The notes under the pieces were generated by a model, which did not search any database, was not told where the DNA came from, and saw only the letters and a list, made by a program, of their open reading frames with translations. Below, piece by piece: positions 11,446 to 25,980 of a stretch of DNA of 64,000 bases. Position numbers and translations under genes: made by a program. This DNA is from Haliotis rubra. Taxonomy: Eukaryota. The stretch is taken from positions 3,100,001 through 3,164,000 of the forward strand of contig NW_025766225.1 in the NCBI RefSeq assembly GCF_003918875.1. Direction: 5' to 3'. Numbering within the stretch: position 1 is the stretch's first letter; each line of letters starts with the position of its first letter.

Positions 11446-14400
11446 ACTTGCTTAGCATTATGAGGATCAGCTGCAAGGTGACTGGCATGAACTAATGCAG
11501 ATCAGTGTTTAGGTAACTAGTATGAACTACTTTTATTTGTTTTGTGACCAGTGTAAACCACAGTGGATCAAAACTGTGTGAAAGTCTACACTTTTAGCTT
11601 GATAACGGTCTAAGAACCTACACCGACACATCGCTCAATGCAATAAACAGGACGTTGTTGTCCATTATGTAGTATGCTTCATTATTGACTCACAAACTTT
11701 TAGAATGCTGATAAAACAATCAATTTGGATCAGTTGTTAGGTGCCTAGTATCAACCAATGTTAATCAGTTATAGGTCACTAGTATAGACTAAGGTAGCTT
11801 TGTTTTAGTTACAAGAATTAACTAACATCTGCATGTCCTGAGTAAAACTCATTATTTAGTTAAAATTCCCATACCAATTCTCACATTTGTCTGACAGATG
11901 TGTACAAGGTTGTATAGAAATAATTTTAAAGATGTCTTTTTGGCAAGATGGGAAGTAATTATATTGCTATTTAATTAATAAACTAGTTGATTGAAGCTAC
12001 ATTCAGCATATTTTTGGAGTGTTAATTGTTGATAATGTTGATTGAATAATTACTTTTTCTTGACTCTATGATCATACTATGACAAAGAAAGTGACATAAA
12101 CTGGGGTCAAATGTCTCATTCAACATGTTTTCATTTTTACAATGTGAATTAATGTGTGTTTGAGTGTGGCTGTTTGTGTTAGTCCAGATTGCTGGTTCTA
12201 CTGTGCCGGACCACTGAAATACCAATCATTGTTGTCTCCCTTTAATGTCGTGTACCAGGCAGGATAACAAAAAGTACCATCTCTTCGAACATTCAGTATG
12301 ATGCAGCCTGGGATTGAACCAGCTTACCTTCTGTACCCAAGGCAGGTGCTCTATCCACACAACGACAGAGCATGAGTGAGTTAATATTGATCTATGTTGC
12401 TATTAGCAACGTTCCAATCAGGTCTCAGAAGAATGAACCAAGAGTAGGAGTGACCGAGTGACTGCACGTTTAGAATTTCCTTGAATACCTGGTACATTAA
12501 CTGAAAATAATGAGCACATCTAATCAATTGGGCCCTCCAGGGACTGTTTGAAGCATCTCTTCGCCAACTCCATGTCCTCTCTGCCCATCAGATCGGACCT
12601 GGAATGTTGCCAGCAGCCTGATTGACGTCAAGTTTTATTAAATGTCTTCTGCGCTGCTCTCTGCTCCAATTAATTTGTACGAATTTCTGTCCCCTCTGTC
12701 CTACATGTGACTTGTCAGGATTCTCCATTGGAGTCCCAGCATCAATCACGGCTGCAGGCTGCCGCCACACTTGCTGTGAGACTTGGCTGCTTCGTATGGT
12801 GGATGCAAGATGTCATATTCAATGCCTTAATCCATACTTTATTATACTGTGATTTTGGGCTCTTGAATATATTAACCATGACAATTTCTAATCACAATTG
12901 CAGTGGAGTAAAAAGTGATTTTGAATATTTGGAGAAAGCAGATGTGTGTTTAATGGTCATAAATTGACATATTGACCAGTGATGATAAAGTGACCTTGAA
13001 AGTATTTCTGACCTTGACAGTATTTCTGACGGATGCTGAAATAACTTTTCCACTCTGGGTATTGTAAAGAAACATATCACCTAACAGTGTTATTGATGAT
13101 AATTATTTCTGATAATTACGGTCCAAATAATACCATTACTACTTCTGCTGCTGCTGCAGACGAGACATAGGGGAGTTTTGGCACCTTCAAACATAAATTA
13201 CCAATTACAATGTGCAGGTGGAGGAAAATATTAATAATTGGAAACAAGTTCCCACTCTGCCAAAGATAATGTATTTCAAACATAACATGTAGAAAAAGAA
13301 TTTAACAGTAGAAACATTAAGAAAGTTATATAGTTGTGTAAAATTCTGAAGGTAAAGTTGAAATCTGGAAGAATATTTAATTGTTTCCACCTGGTCCAAC
13401 TCCTCACAAAAGAAATTTCTGAGACGGCAATATGTTTCTAAGGAGTATAAATTTGTGTATAAACGATATCTGAATATCTTTAATGTTAATACAAGTAACT
13501 TGCGTGTAAGTAAAGAACTGTTCAGACAGATCTGTAAACAAATATGGCTGCCAATCAGTTTGCAACATGTCATAAATTAGGGCAGATCAGTCAGGCTTTG
13601 TTTACCTACTAGGTTCAACAGTTGCTCAAAGAATGACATTATATAAGAGAGAGGTTATTACCCTCTTCATTGTCTCACCAAAGACTTGATTATTACGATT
13701 TTCATTTCTAATGTGACATTTATAATAGGAAAATACGCTCAGCTATTATTTTTTTATATATCTTTTCAGTAGGAATGTAAGATTAAAATGTATCTGCAAT
13801 AATTGGTACTTCAACTTCATGTATTCTTACTATTTATTCTTAAATGTTAATACCCCACAACTTCATTGTTTATGTACCATTTATACAGAATGTACAAATA
13901 AAGGTAGTCAAATGAAGGTTTTTTAAGGACACAAGTCTCCACATTGTCTGAGTCAAATGCGAAATCAAATAAGACCTAGATTTTTTCCTCCAGTAAATTG
14001 TGTTTAAAAAAGGCAACATCCTGTGTTATTGCCTTGCTTATATAATAATGTGTCTTGTGAACAGTTACCATGGATACGAATGGTGCAAGCTATAGCTATG
14101 AGAATGTAATCCACCACCCTATCAGGGCCCCTTGAGACTATTTGCTCAGCATGAGTCATGTTTTGACGAAGATTTTTCTCTGCTCTCAATGCCTCCCTGA
14201 CAGGTTTGAAATAAATACCCTGCCCATGTCAAAGGTCTGCTTGAGAAGAGATAAAGGTGTATTTCTAACTTTAATGTTCCTTGAGAATTCCAGCTTGACA
14301 TGAAATATAACCTATTCGGGGCCCCTTGAGACATGGAACTGTGTGAGGTGTGTTGATCTAATTTCCTAGTAGCCAGGATGTATCATTAAAAGTGAGCGTG

Positions 14401-17400
14401 TGAGTTTACCTTGTGTGAAATATGTGCTTTGGTTGAGGCCCAAGTATCTGTTGACATTCGGATGGATTACAGGCTGGTGTTGACAGATCAAGGAGCATAA
14501 TCATGTGGATCTGAGATTCAAACTCACAACCAGCAGATCCTTGTACCACCAAGGGGAGGTAATTGTGGCATGTTAGGCCCCTTGCCCTATGATACTTGTG
14601 ACAGATAGGAGATAATTTAACCTGTCAGTTGTTGCCATCACTGACCAGCAAACCTGCATTAGCAGATCCTGGCCTGACCAAAGGGAGGCAATTGTCACTG
14701 CCTGGGTGTGATTCCTCTGGAGGTTCATCATTACAACCCTCCAACATCCCCTACATATACACACAGATCATGCCCACAAGCCTGAAATCAATATCTCACA
14801 ATAGCAATGCTGTCCGATGATTTGCACAAAAAGGCAGAAGAAACAGAATATCAATACATATCAACTAAAAAGTACACACTTCATCAACGTATAATGCCCG
14901 CATGCAGTAATTTGTCAGCCAATCAAAATGAACCAGACTATTCAACAACCAATCATATTACAAATGAGAATGGTGGAAATAAAATAAAAATCCCAGACAA
15001 TTTTTGGTCGATAATTTGAGACAGGGAGAGAACCAACTAAATCACAACCAAGGTGGACATGCTCACAGTAATGCTTCTGTACTAGAAAATAAAGTTGTCA
15101 CATAATTAGCTGGTAGCTGAAGTCAGGGAGTAAAAAATAATCAATCATGGCGACACCATGCTTGTTAAAGCTGCAGTCTCCTTTCAATGTTTTGTTGAGC
15201 ATGCATTGAGCTCAGCACGCCATGTTTGCATTAAGCATAGAAAATGCTGATATTTCCCCGGGAGGAGTATGAATATATTTCCCTAGCGGGATTAAACCAG
15301 AATGGGTGGTAATATACACCATCTTCACATACAGAGGGACAAGCCATATGTTTGTTGATTCCTTGCCAAATTTCCGACAAAGATCTTACGAAATGAATTC
15401 CCTCCTTTCAAGCATAAGACAAACATTGTTCCTACACATTTACTATCAAATATAAAATGGTTGCCAAAAATAATTATTTACACAAAACATCTAAAGGCAC
15501 AACATTGATCACCCCAAGGTTTTGAGTACAATGAAAGAAGGAAATGCATTCTCCAGTCAGTGAAAGGGTTAACACTATGATGTTTATTGATAGAGACAGA
15601 AAACAAAATACTGATATATTTTCTATAAATTGATTTTCTTTATTGATTTCATTCTAAGCGCAACATTTAGCAATGTACAATTTCCTCGAAATCTAAGCCA
15701 CTTAATCCAGTAATTTTCATTATTATTCACAGAAGTGGGTTAAGAAAGGGTTAACGCTCATCTCTTTTTATCACGTCAGAATAAGCAGTTGCGTTAACCC
15801 TTCCTCAGTGAGAAATCCGAGAGAATTTGCAATAATGAAATGAACAGAAAATTGTCACATTTGCTCTTTCAAACTCATGTTGCCACAGCATCGATGGGAG
15901 ATACTATTTGTATGACGACACAAAACATGATGTACTTTCACAGAATTTGTATAAAATCTAAAAAAATGTAGTCCACATATAACTGGAATATTTCGCGCGC
16001 CAAAACATAACAAGGATTAAATCAAACATTAGAATGAAAACAGCATAACATAGGTATGTAGCATCTCAATAATATTAAAGTCACTTCTAACACACTGGAG
16101 AGAACAACATCAATTCATAACATTAGTTTCGAGGGAAACACAACGTGGACACAGATTCAGGTTTATCTCTATCTAAAAGTGCAAATTTCATGAAACAATC
16201 ACAATTTGTATTGATGCTGTAATCAAGGATACAGATTCTTCAAGTATTGCTTTGATTTTCAAAATAATTTTTTTCAATGTTTGTGCCTAAAACTCTAAAA
16301 AATAAACTTCTGAAATCAAAATGCGAATGACAATGGGGATCTCTGTACATATCCATATTATTGCAATTTTCAAATCTAACAAATAGTTTTTTAAACTATG
16401 AATAGAAAATAACATATAACAAACAACATTATGATATTTACTGTCGGCAGAAGAACAAACTGATACTGTAACTGGTACCTTGGATTAGCTGTTAAATATA
16501 CTATCTACATCTGGTGTATATAGCATCATATTCATCCAAAACAGAAAACAATATGCGAGCACTAAGGCTATGCCACTCATTATGAGAGTACCACCACCAG
16601 TAACCATGACAACCACATATACTGCTAAAGTATCTTGTATTCTTTTATTAGTCATACTATTACACTAACTGTTAAGCCACTGAACTGAATAAATTTATAA
16701 ATATTTATAGTTCTTCCATAGAACACAGTATTTTATCTTATAATAAATTTTTTTAGAGGTGTTTTGGTTGCTATCATAACTGAATTACCTACCTTGACTA
16801 AAAGTTGCTTGCCAAAATTGTAACTGTAAAGAGGCATGTTCCAAATTTACACAAAGTAGCAAGGATTGCACTTTCAGTAAATGTTTTATCATTGATATTC
16901 TTTCTGTTTATGATAATAAAGTTTAAGAAAATGTGTGGATTTTACTGAAGTTTGTAAATAACATCACTACTCCTTGTACTTTCTCTTTTTGTATTTATTC
17001 AGCCTCTTAGCACCTTCAAACATTTAACATTTCTTTCAACATTATTGAAAAGACAGTTCCTTATCGCAAGCATATTTAATCTAATAGAAATTGAAAAAAG
17101 AAAATTCTTTGGATTTTACCAAAAATTGATTAATATGAGATTAGTGGCAATGTATTTGAAATTTGCTTAAAAGGTTTAATTTTAGTAAATTACCAGAAAA
17201 TAATCTTCTGTGGACAGTAAATAACATACTCATCTCGACCATAACACAGTCACATACACGATGTAGTTTCATACATTATCTAAAGCTCAATGACAATGTA
17301 GCCTTTAAATAACTCCAAATAATAGCCACACTAACAATCAACCATTTGTAATTATCTCCCCTGCATACACAGCTCACGTGGTCGGCAATAAGTAGCGTGT

Positions 17401-20400
17401 TTGGTCTGAATAATATTTACCTCAGGGCTACTTCTGGAATGATATACTAAAAAAATAATCTTACATTGACTACAAACATATTTGCACATGGGAAGGAGAG
17501 ATTCGTAAAAATGAATAAACTCTGTTTAAAAAAGTCATGAATGCTTAAAACAAAAGATATTTTATAACACAATCATGACTCCAAAACTTTACCTTCTTTA
17601 TTGTAATCTGTTTAGTATGTTGGACATATTTACTCGAAGTTCTTTAAGAAAAAACAATTGTCTTTCAGACATGCGAGGATTAAGACTCAGTGGTGAGTGA
17701 GGAAAGGAATATAGTTTCTATGCGTACATGCTTAGTATGGCAGTAAAGATACATTGATAATATACCACGCTTTTGCTAGACCAATAACGTTTAGTGAGTG
17801 AGTAACTTGGGTTTAACGCCATCATGGCCTGTATTTTAGTTATATCACGGCATGGCAGATCAATATGGGAGATCAGGTCACTGACATCCTCTGCTTGGTA
17901 AAACCACATACACAAGTATGGCGAAAACAGACCAAGATCCTTATCAGGGCAAAACTGCTTCTTAAACCAAAGATCAGTGGTTCCTGGGACATCTAAGGGC
18001 CATAACTCTTAAACCACTATCAATGCCTGCCTTAAGACACAGGGAAACCTCCCTGGTGTGGTACTAATGATGATCATGAATTACATACTTAATATTACAT
18101 GTTATTGCTCTTTATACAATTATTACTTTAAATTCCTGCATAGCAAAATTTTTCGATTCTAGTCGCAAAGGGCAATGTTTTTTCAGGATATTAAGTGATT
18201 TTCAAACTGGAATTTATTGTTGCCTATGAAAGTAATGTATAATTAAAATATAACAGCTGAATAAATTAATCCGCATCATAATCAAACTTTGCACTACAGA
18301 AGAACGGAGGTGTTTCATGCGATCACTTAGTTGATATTCTCATTAAGCTTGATAAGCAACACAATGCTGGTATAGGCTGTATACATTGCACAAGCAGGAG
18401 AAGGCTGTCAAGAGAACCAAGCACCTAATCTAGACAGAACTAATCATATAGAAACCTCAGTAACCTTGAAGCTGTCTAATCATATCACACATACAATCTA
18501 ATCATATAAATATATTAAGGCCGATAACCAACCTCATCCTCTTTTTCCATTGCAAAATCTAAGCATATTTTATTGAAATACCTCAAAAGGCTCTTCAGAA
18601 AAACTACACTCATAATAACTAGTTATATAAGAAATACTATTTTCCTAGTCACTGTTAATCAACAATGTCTGTAGCTGAGAAAGATTGAGGAGAGAAAGGA
18701 CAGCTATATTGTCTGCAAACAAATATAATTCAAGCAAATCAAACAAATCCTCACGCTAGTGGGAAGTAAAATCTTCTCTTGACCATTCAAATGTTTCCTG
18801 TCCCATGAACATCCAATCAAATGGCGCCTTATCCTAAAACAAGGGCAGGCAACTCTCATAACATAATACAACAACAACAATTCTCACTAACCAGTCTGAA
18901 CACTGAAAGTTCTACTTGCTGTTCCAGAATGGACTCAACTGAACACTATTGGGAATACAACTACTTATAAATATGGACGCCATCCATGTTAAGTGAAAGA
19001 CAAAATTCGACCAATTCTACCCACAGGATTCAAAAGTTACTAAACAATAAAATTATGACTACAAAGGAATTGTCACAAAATAACTGCGTACAGGAGTCTG
19101 TTCAGCAAATTTCAAAATCAACAACCTAATATACATAAAACTAGTATGACTGAAATGTTCCGAGTTGCCAGGAACATAATATTTATACAAATCTGCATGT
19201 ATTTGGGATCTTGTAATCACTCTTCATCTAAAATTTTGATAATGAATAAATAAAAATATACCCCATCCCCAAATTTTCTAAAATCATCCAAAATAAGAAC
19301 TTTGAATGAATTAAATAAAATATTTTTAACTTGGGGTCATGTGATGAACTAGGTATGCGACATGCAAGCATCTTAGGTCATGGCAATTTTTACCGTATCA
19401 CAGCTCACTAAAATAATTATGTATACAATACACCATAAAACAAAATAATGAATCTCTACTTTGCCATGGAAATAAACCTTAAGAGTAAACAAGAGAAAGA
19501 AGCACTAGCAGCCATGCTTCATTAGAAATAATGCCAGATAAAAATATACAGAAAAACAACAAAAACAAAAGCTTAATGCCAACAAATACAAGAAAGCATG
19601 TGGTAATTTCATATTTTCTCCATTAAATTGTGGTTTGTAATATATCACTCATAGTTATTCAAAATATACATATATTGTTACAAGAATTTGTGTGTTACAT
19701 CCTTTATGAATGGCAGTCATTATGAAAGTTTATTATTTGAATTTAATGCGACATGAATTACAAATAAGTTATGAAAAAAGAAAAGAAAATGGAACTTTAT
19801 TTGACTAATCAAGTAATGATTATGAAAAGTAGCAGTTCTAGTTTATGAATACACAAGAAGTGGAAGTAGACTAAAGTCACACCCCTGATGCTCCCCAATA
19901 CTCCTGCATTGTGTGAGTAGGTGGGTTTAACACTGATTTTAACTGTATTCCAGTCATCTTAATGTGGAAACCCCAAGGGTTTCAGGTCTCAGATATTCAC
20001 CATTGGTGAAACCCATAAACAGGGAATGGTACAGACAAACCCAGAAACTTGGGCAATTGGATTTGAACCCAAACTCATATGGACAGTCAAGCACTGATCC
20101 AACAGCCTCAGAAAGTCTGTTCAATGTTAATTTATTGACTGGCTGCTAAACAATCTTTGTGACTATTTTGTAAAAGTCCTTCCGAAGTATGTGGTTCTTT
20201 TGTAAGAAGTAACATAACAAGATCCATTTTAGCCAGACATCAGATGAAAAGCCCTGCCCTCTCGACAATGTTTATGAAAACTGAATATTATATTTTACAT
20301 AATTACTCAATTAGACTCACTTATCCAGACTAAATAAAAGTGTGAGGCTACAGCTGTATTTGTATAGTCAGTTATACTAATAGAAATTCTGGATAAACAG

Positions 20401-22252
20401 GGTGGCACTGATACTCGTAGGGCCTGTTATCGATTATTATTTGTTCACCAAGAAACTTGAGAAAAAGTCAATGTAAGAGGTTGAACTTACAAAAAATCCA
20501 AGTTCCCAATAAGTACTTACTGCTAAAATGAATACAAAACAAGTTTGTACATGACAAGAAATTACTGAGTGGATTTTTGTCAGAATAGAGATGTTTACAG
20601 AATAATTTACCATTTCTTGTTTATCAAATCAAAATATTTTGCTGTACCTTATTTTATATAATAAAACATATGAATTTGCTTTAAGTCAACATAATTACAT
20701 TTTTCTTTCCATATTCTTTTCTTTTTGTTTGTCTTGAAAACCAAGTAAAAGGAATAAAGCCTAGGTGTTGAGTTTTGTCCCATTATTTACCGTAGGGTGT
20801 TAGTAAGTATATAGGTATTTGGCTGTAAGTATACAAGTAGGTATTTGGCTGTAAGTATACAAGTAGGTATTTGGCTGTAAGTATTATGTAGCAACATCTC
20901 TGCAATACTTAAAGGATAATACTGACATATGCAAAATATAAAGCTATATGCCCATGTAAGTATTGTAATTCCATGTCACCCAATGTTACTTCAAGCATTA
21001 AGCTGCTGTTTCCTGTATAATAATGGAGCACTGCAGTTAACATGTTTATCATCCCTAAGTCGGTTCCATATGAGATATTGCTTCAGTGAAACTGCATCTC
21101 CATGCTTTGCAGACCACTGTGATGTCATCAGTTTCTACTATGATGTCATCAGTTTCTATGACATCACAATCATAGGACATCACTAGCCCTGACAAAATGC
21201 TCTTGAAAGTCAATGTTAAAGTAACAGGGTCAAGATCACCTAAGCACTATTTTGTTGTAAGTCAATGTTAAAGCATAAGATTTACGACCATCTTAACACC
21301 GAACCATGTGATAGTGCTCAGATCAATTGGTGAAACTGGAAGATTTTTTCACTATACTCGGATATTTCTTTCATTTCTGATATGCGGTGAATTTAATGAC
21401 TGATGGTAGAGTTGCGAACAGTTCAATATGGAATGTTTTGTTATTTTGGCACAACTTAAGGTCTCAACGGAGAGTGATATGGAAGCACTTCCGGAGTGCG
21501 TAGACATTCTTGCAGCATGACGTTCTCATGGTTCAAACAGACCTACTTAACGTATTACTTTTGTAATTCCATCAGAACTGGTTTGTGTTTATTTCCAGGA
21601 ATCACTGGATAGGGATGATAAACAGGTCAAATATGGTGAATCCATCTTGATGTCAATAAACATCAACAAGAACTATTGATCATATATATTCAATATATCA
21701 AAAAATCTTTTTCTGCATTTGTTTGCATAAATCGAAAACATAAAATATATTGTCATAACTATAAAAATTCATTGCTTTAACTTTACACATTAGCTTTTCA
21801 CCCTTTCAACCTTATTATTTTCCATAACAAACTAAGATGTAACCAGCCCAACTTCTTCATCATGTCTATTAAAATAGTAATAGGATTGAAAAATGTAAGA
21901 CGAATTCCCTTGATTAGAACACAGAACAGAATACTGATACAATCCAATGCTAAATGGGAAATGTTGGTTACAAGAATAAATCAGACGGTTAGTATCAAAA
22001 GATAGAAGTTGACAAGGTACACACTGGACAGCAGAATTACTTTTTTACATTGTGATATTATTTCAAACATGAGGAAATTTCATAAATATAATCCTTCAAT
22101 GATGTTACATGAGTTATCTCCCTTTCTAATAAAGAAAGCATGACAGTTGTATTCAAAAAGTGGGATGAAGTTTTCAAAATATTGATTTTTTCACAGAAAT
22201 AAATCATCAACTTGTCATAAAAAAGATAATGTACAATTAATTAGAGCTGACT

Positions 22253-25200
22253 TCAGGTCTGACTCTCGTTTCCGAACTTTTCCTTAATGAACTCGGGCTT
22301 CGGCTTGGCAGCGACAGGGGGAGGGGGTGGCTTCTTCACAGGAGGTTTGTCCTCAAAATCACTCTCACTCTCGCTTGTCGTGTATTCAATGTCTGCGATG
22401 TCAGGATGTTCAAGATTGGCTAGCGGGTCGATGCTAAACCGTTTTTGATGATGCGGATGCATTTCAATTTCGGCAGACGATGATGAATTATCACTCGGTT
22501 CCTGAAGCTCCGGGGGAGGTGGAGGAAACTTAAAGTCATCATCCTTATCCCCAATAAAACTACCATCCATGGCATCGAGACGCTCAAGTGATTCTAGAGG
22601 TGAGACTTCTCTGGTATGTGTCGTCCCTTCACTTAGTTCACCGACCCCCGAGTCTATTGTCATATCCTTGCCTGACTCCGCGAGGCACTTGGTAGCTGCA
22701 TACTGCGCATAGATTTCCTTTGCCATGGTGTCATCCATATCGGACTCGGTGTCACTCTCACTTCCAGAGCTTCCGCTGTATGTCATGTCGCTCTCCGAGC
22801 CGTGGCCACACATGTTCTCTAGTGTATCCAAAATATCCCCAGAGTCCATTCCCTCCCCACAACTTCCTCCAAAACTTGAGTCATCACGATCATCCACGGG
22901 GCTCCTCATGACCATCATGCTCACATCACTATGGAAACTCTGACCAATGTCAACATCTTCATGGAAACTGACACGCTTTGGTTCTGGTTTCGGTTCTGGT
23001 GTTACGGCAGTGATCGCTTCACTCGTCATCTCTTCCTCCTCCTCCTCAACCCGGTTCAATGACCTCCGCTTCATTGAGTCAATCGGTTCCTTCTTCTCAC
23101 GAATGTATGACGGATCTAACTGACCATCGCTTCCAGGTTCCGGTCTAAACGTTGAGAAGGTCAAGGCTGCCGAATTGTCTTCCTTCTTTGAAGGCGGACT
23201 GTCCTCATCGCTATATATAAAAGCTGCTGCAGGAGATGGAAGGTCAAAGATTAATGGATTCCCAGAACTGTCCACCTTCAAGTTCTCCTTCTGTTCTTCC
23301 TGTGGATTTGGAGCGATCATATGCGTGGATTTTGATTCAGGTTTCACAGCAAACCAGGGATCCTTTTCTCCATCTAACACAAACTGTTGAGGATTTTCAG
23401 TCATGCAGGGACCCTCTGTTCCAAAAGCAGCAGTCCTTGGCACCCCGAATGTGTTGATATTAGAAGAGTCTTCAGAAGATGTGGGTGATGCATCTTTGAG
23501 AACAGGACTTGGAGGAGCTGGCAATGGTGACTTACTGTCAAGGTTTTGGCTGGCTGGGACTGAGATCTTGGAGTCTATTGCTATGTGAGCAGGTTCTTTT
23601 GTGGAAGATATAGCTGAAGACTCGGATGATGTGGACGACGATGATGCTCTCTTGGGGTCAATTGCTGCTTCTGGGCGCTTCTCTCTGGGCGGTTTAGCAG
23701 GTTTAACTGGCGGTCCTCCCTGCGTCTGCGGTTTCCGCACCTCAACAGACACATAAGCACCTGATTCTGAAACTGACTTATCACTGGCAGGTTTAGATGA
23801 CACAATACTTGTCATCTCACACTTTTCAACACTGTGTTTTCCATTTACAGCTTCTGATGCACTGGTTTTGCCATTTACAGTCTCAGGTACACTGCTTTCG
23901 ACCTTTACGGTTTCAGATACACTGCTTTTGCTATTCACAGTCTCAGCTACACTGGTTTTATCATTAACAGTTTCAGCTACACTGGTTTCGGGCACTGCCT
24001 TTGGCAAGGGAACAGGTGCCCCTTCACCGACAATGTCAGTTTTGCATTGGTCATCACTTGTTGGCACGGTTTCATCATCTTGCATTTTGTCTTCAAGCTG
24101 TTTGAGGATCTCCTTTTCGAATGAAGGACTTGTGGTGTCATCTACTGAGGAATAGCTGGTCCTAGAGGGAAGCTTGTGACAACTGACGAGCTCAAACCTC
24201 CGTAAAGTTGAAGGAGACCTTTCCAATGATGAGGATTTTCCTATAGTATTAGGGTGTTTGAGAGGAGGTGACAGTGGAATATCCACAGCCTTGAGTGGTT
24301 CGGAATTGGTCGGCGGCCGACCTGGACTTTTGTCCCTTGGTCGTGACTCTTTTGTTGAGGCACCTTCCGGACCTTTGTAGAATGCGGTCTCCTCCTTGTT
24401 CTCTGTCTCCCCCTTTAACCGTCGATGCAGGGTATATGGAATATCCACAATGAGATCGGTATCAGCGGAATACTTCCTCTTGTCAGTGAAACTGTCCACA
24501 TCCGGTTTCAGTGATGCACTTGCAATATTTTCACCAATAACATCCTTCCTCCCTTCCCCCTGAGGGGATTCTACCTCTCTACCATACACACTAGCAGTTA
24601 TACATGCACTTGGTGGGATCTCCCCATTCACCTTAGGATACAGGTTAGTAGAATTTAGTTTAGCTAAATCTGGCCTATCAGCTGCCTGACTCTCAGGAAG
24701 TCTGTCTATATGGTTAGTAGATTTCTCTGAAGCAGATACATTGTTTATTACATTTGTGTCATTAACACTCTTCAGCTTGGGACTATCTTCGGGAGAAAAC
24801 GTTACAGATTTACCCCCTGGTTCTCTCCCCTTCCCCACCCTCTCCTCCCCCTCGAGGTGATACGAATCCTGGGATGTGTTATCATCATTGTCATTTGCAT
24901 TTTGATTGGCTGATGGTTCATTTTGCATGGCAATATTATTAATAATTATATTTTGTTTCAACTTATCGAGATCTGAATCTGCACCTCTATCATCGGCTTC
25001 TGTCCTGGAATCAACACTGTCCTCCTTCCTCATCATTGCTGCTGCTGCTGCTGCTGCTGCCGTCGCCTCCCGGCGACGGGGATGTGTTCCAGTTTCGGGG
25101 AGCCCAGAGAGCGGCTCCCAGACATGGAACTGTCGCTGTGGACCTCAGCTGTCTCAACACGACTCATAGGGCTGACGTGGTTGTCCTGCGTGATGTCGAG

Positions 25201-25321
25201 AGTGTGGGAGCCGCTGGAAGCTGTGCTGTTGTGGAGGTCCGAGGAATTGTGGGTGTTAGCCTTCAGGGTAATCTTTGGTGTCACGCTGGTGCTCCGGCTT
25301 GAGATACGACCACTTGCCGAC
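22253..25321 (-). CDS. FARP1: Giant alternative terminal exon of the FARP locus: ~1020-aa Ser/Pro/acidic disordered tail ending in TGA (one apparent frameshift near 25080)
   Basis: Acceptor ttgcag|G at 25321 is in phase with the 32102 exon (SASGRISSRSTSVTPK...). Removing 2 nt at CCCC (~25078-25081) joins it to the 927-aa ORF 25036-22253. Confidence 0.85.
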
Positions 25322-25742
25322 CTGCAACATAGACAACTGGATTAAGTTTCCTATATAATACGACAAAAACCTCAACTAATCCCATGCCTCTTACGTTTGT
25401 AATTTTTAACAAATGTTTAATATTTTGATTAATTAGAATACATATAAGGCCAAACGTATTGTATGATGTTCCTTTACGATAATTAAATACTGAGTACCAT
25501 TCCTTCAATAACCTTTCTTAATTTTTTGCAGTGTGTGAACCAGACCTCAAGAATAGCTGGGTACTTGTGTAAAATATTCGATTAATTTTGAGTTGTTTGT
25601 ATGCAAATATGTATTGATGACAACATGTCACCTTCACGTTGGAAGAAAGCCCGAAGTGACGGAGGTCTCACAACTCTGGAGGAAAGGGGATAGTGCTGAC
25701 AAACCAGCAAATTATCATGCTGAATCTGGAACTCTCAATCAT

Positions 25743-25933
25743 AGGTCGACTAACGGGATCGGGTGGTCAGGCTCGCTGACTGGGTTGACACATGTCATTG
25801 CATCCCAATTGCGTAGATCGATGCTCATGCTGTTGATCACTGGATTGTGTGGTCCAGACTCGATTATTTATAGACCGTCGCCATAGAGCTGGAATATTGC
25901 TGAGTGCGGCGTAAAACTAAACTCACTCACTCA
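25743..25933 (+). mobile_element. SINE family B (Meta-domain-like), 5'-truncated
   Basis: gactaacgggatcgggtggtcagg...gcggcgtaaaactaaactcactc; TSD tcataggt. Confidence 0.85.
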
Positions 25934-25980
25934 TTCATAGGTTCCTGGTAAGCATAAGGGAGTCAACTACACAAAATATA

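Noticed and set aside
15555-15810. piggyBac-like TTAACCC/GGGTTAA ends
   Set aside because: The ends face outward and have no extended TIR match.
22253-25036. 927-aa ORF as an independent single-exon gene
   Set aside because: It is preceded by an in-phase acceptor and coding sequence continuing the FARP FA exon.
25033-25062. PolyQ C-terminus (RRRQQQQQQQQ*) or a programmed -1 frameshift into the 927-aa ORF
   Set aside because: No X XXY YYZ slippery site. The same +2 TCCCCG anomaly occurs in a conserved DH exon, so a sequencing error is simpler and the repeat most likely encodes poly-Ala.
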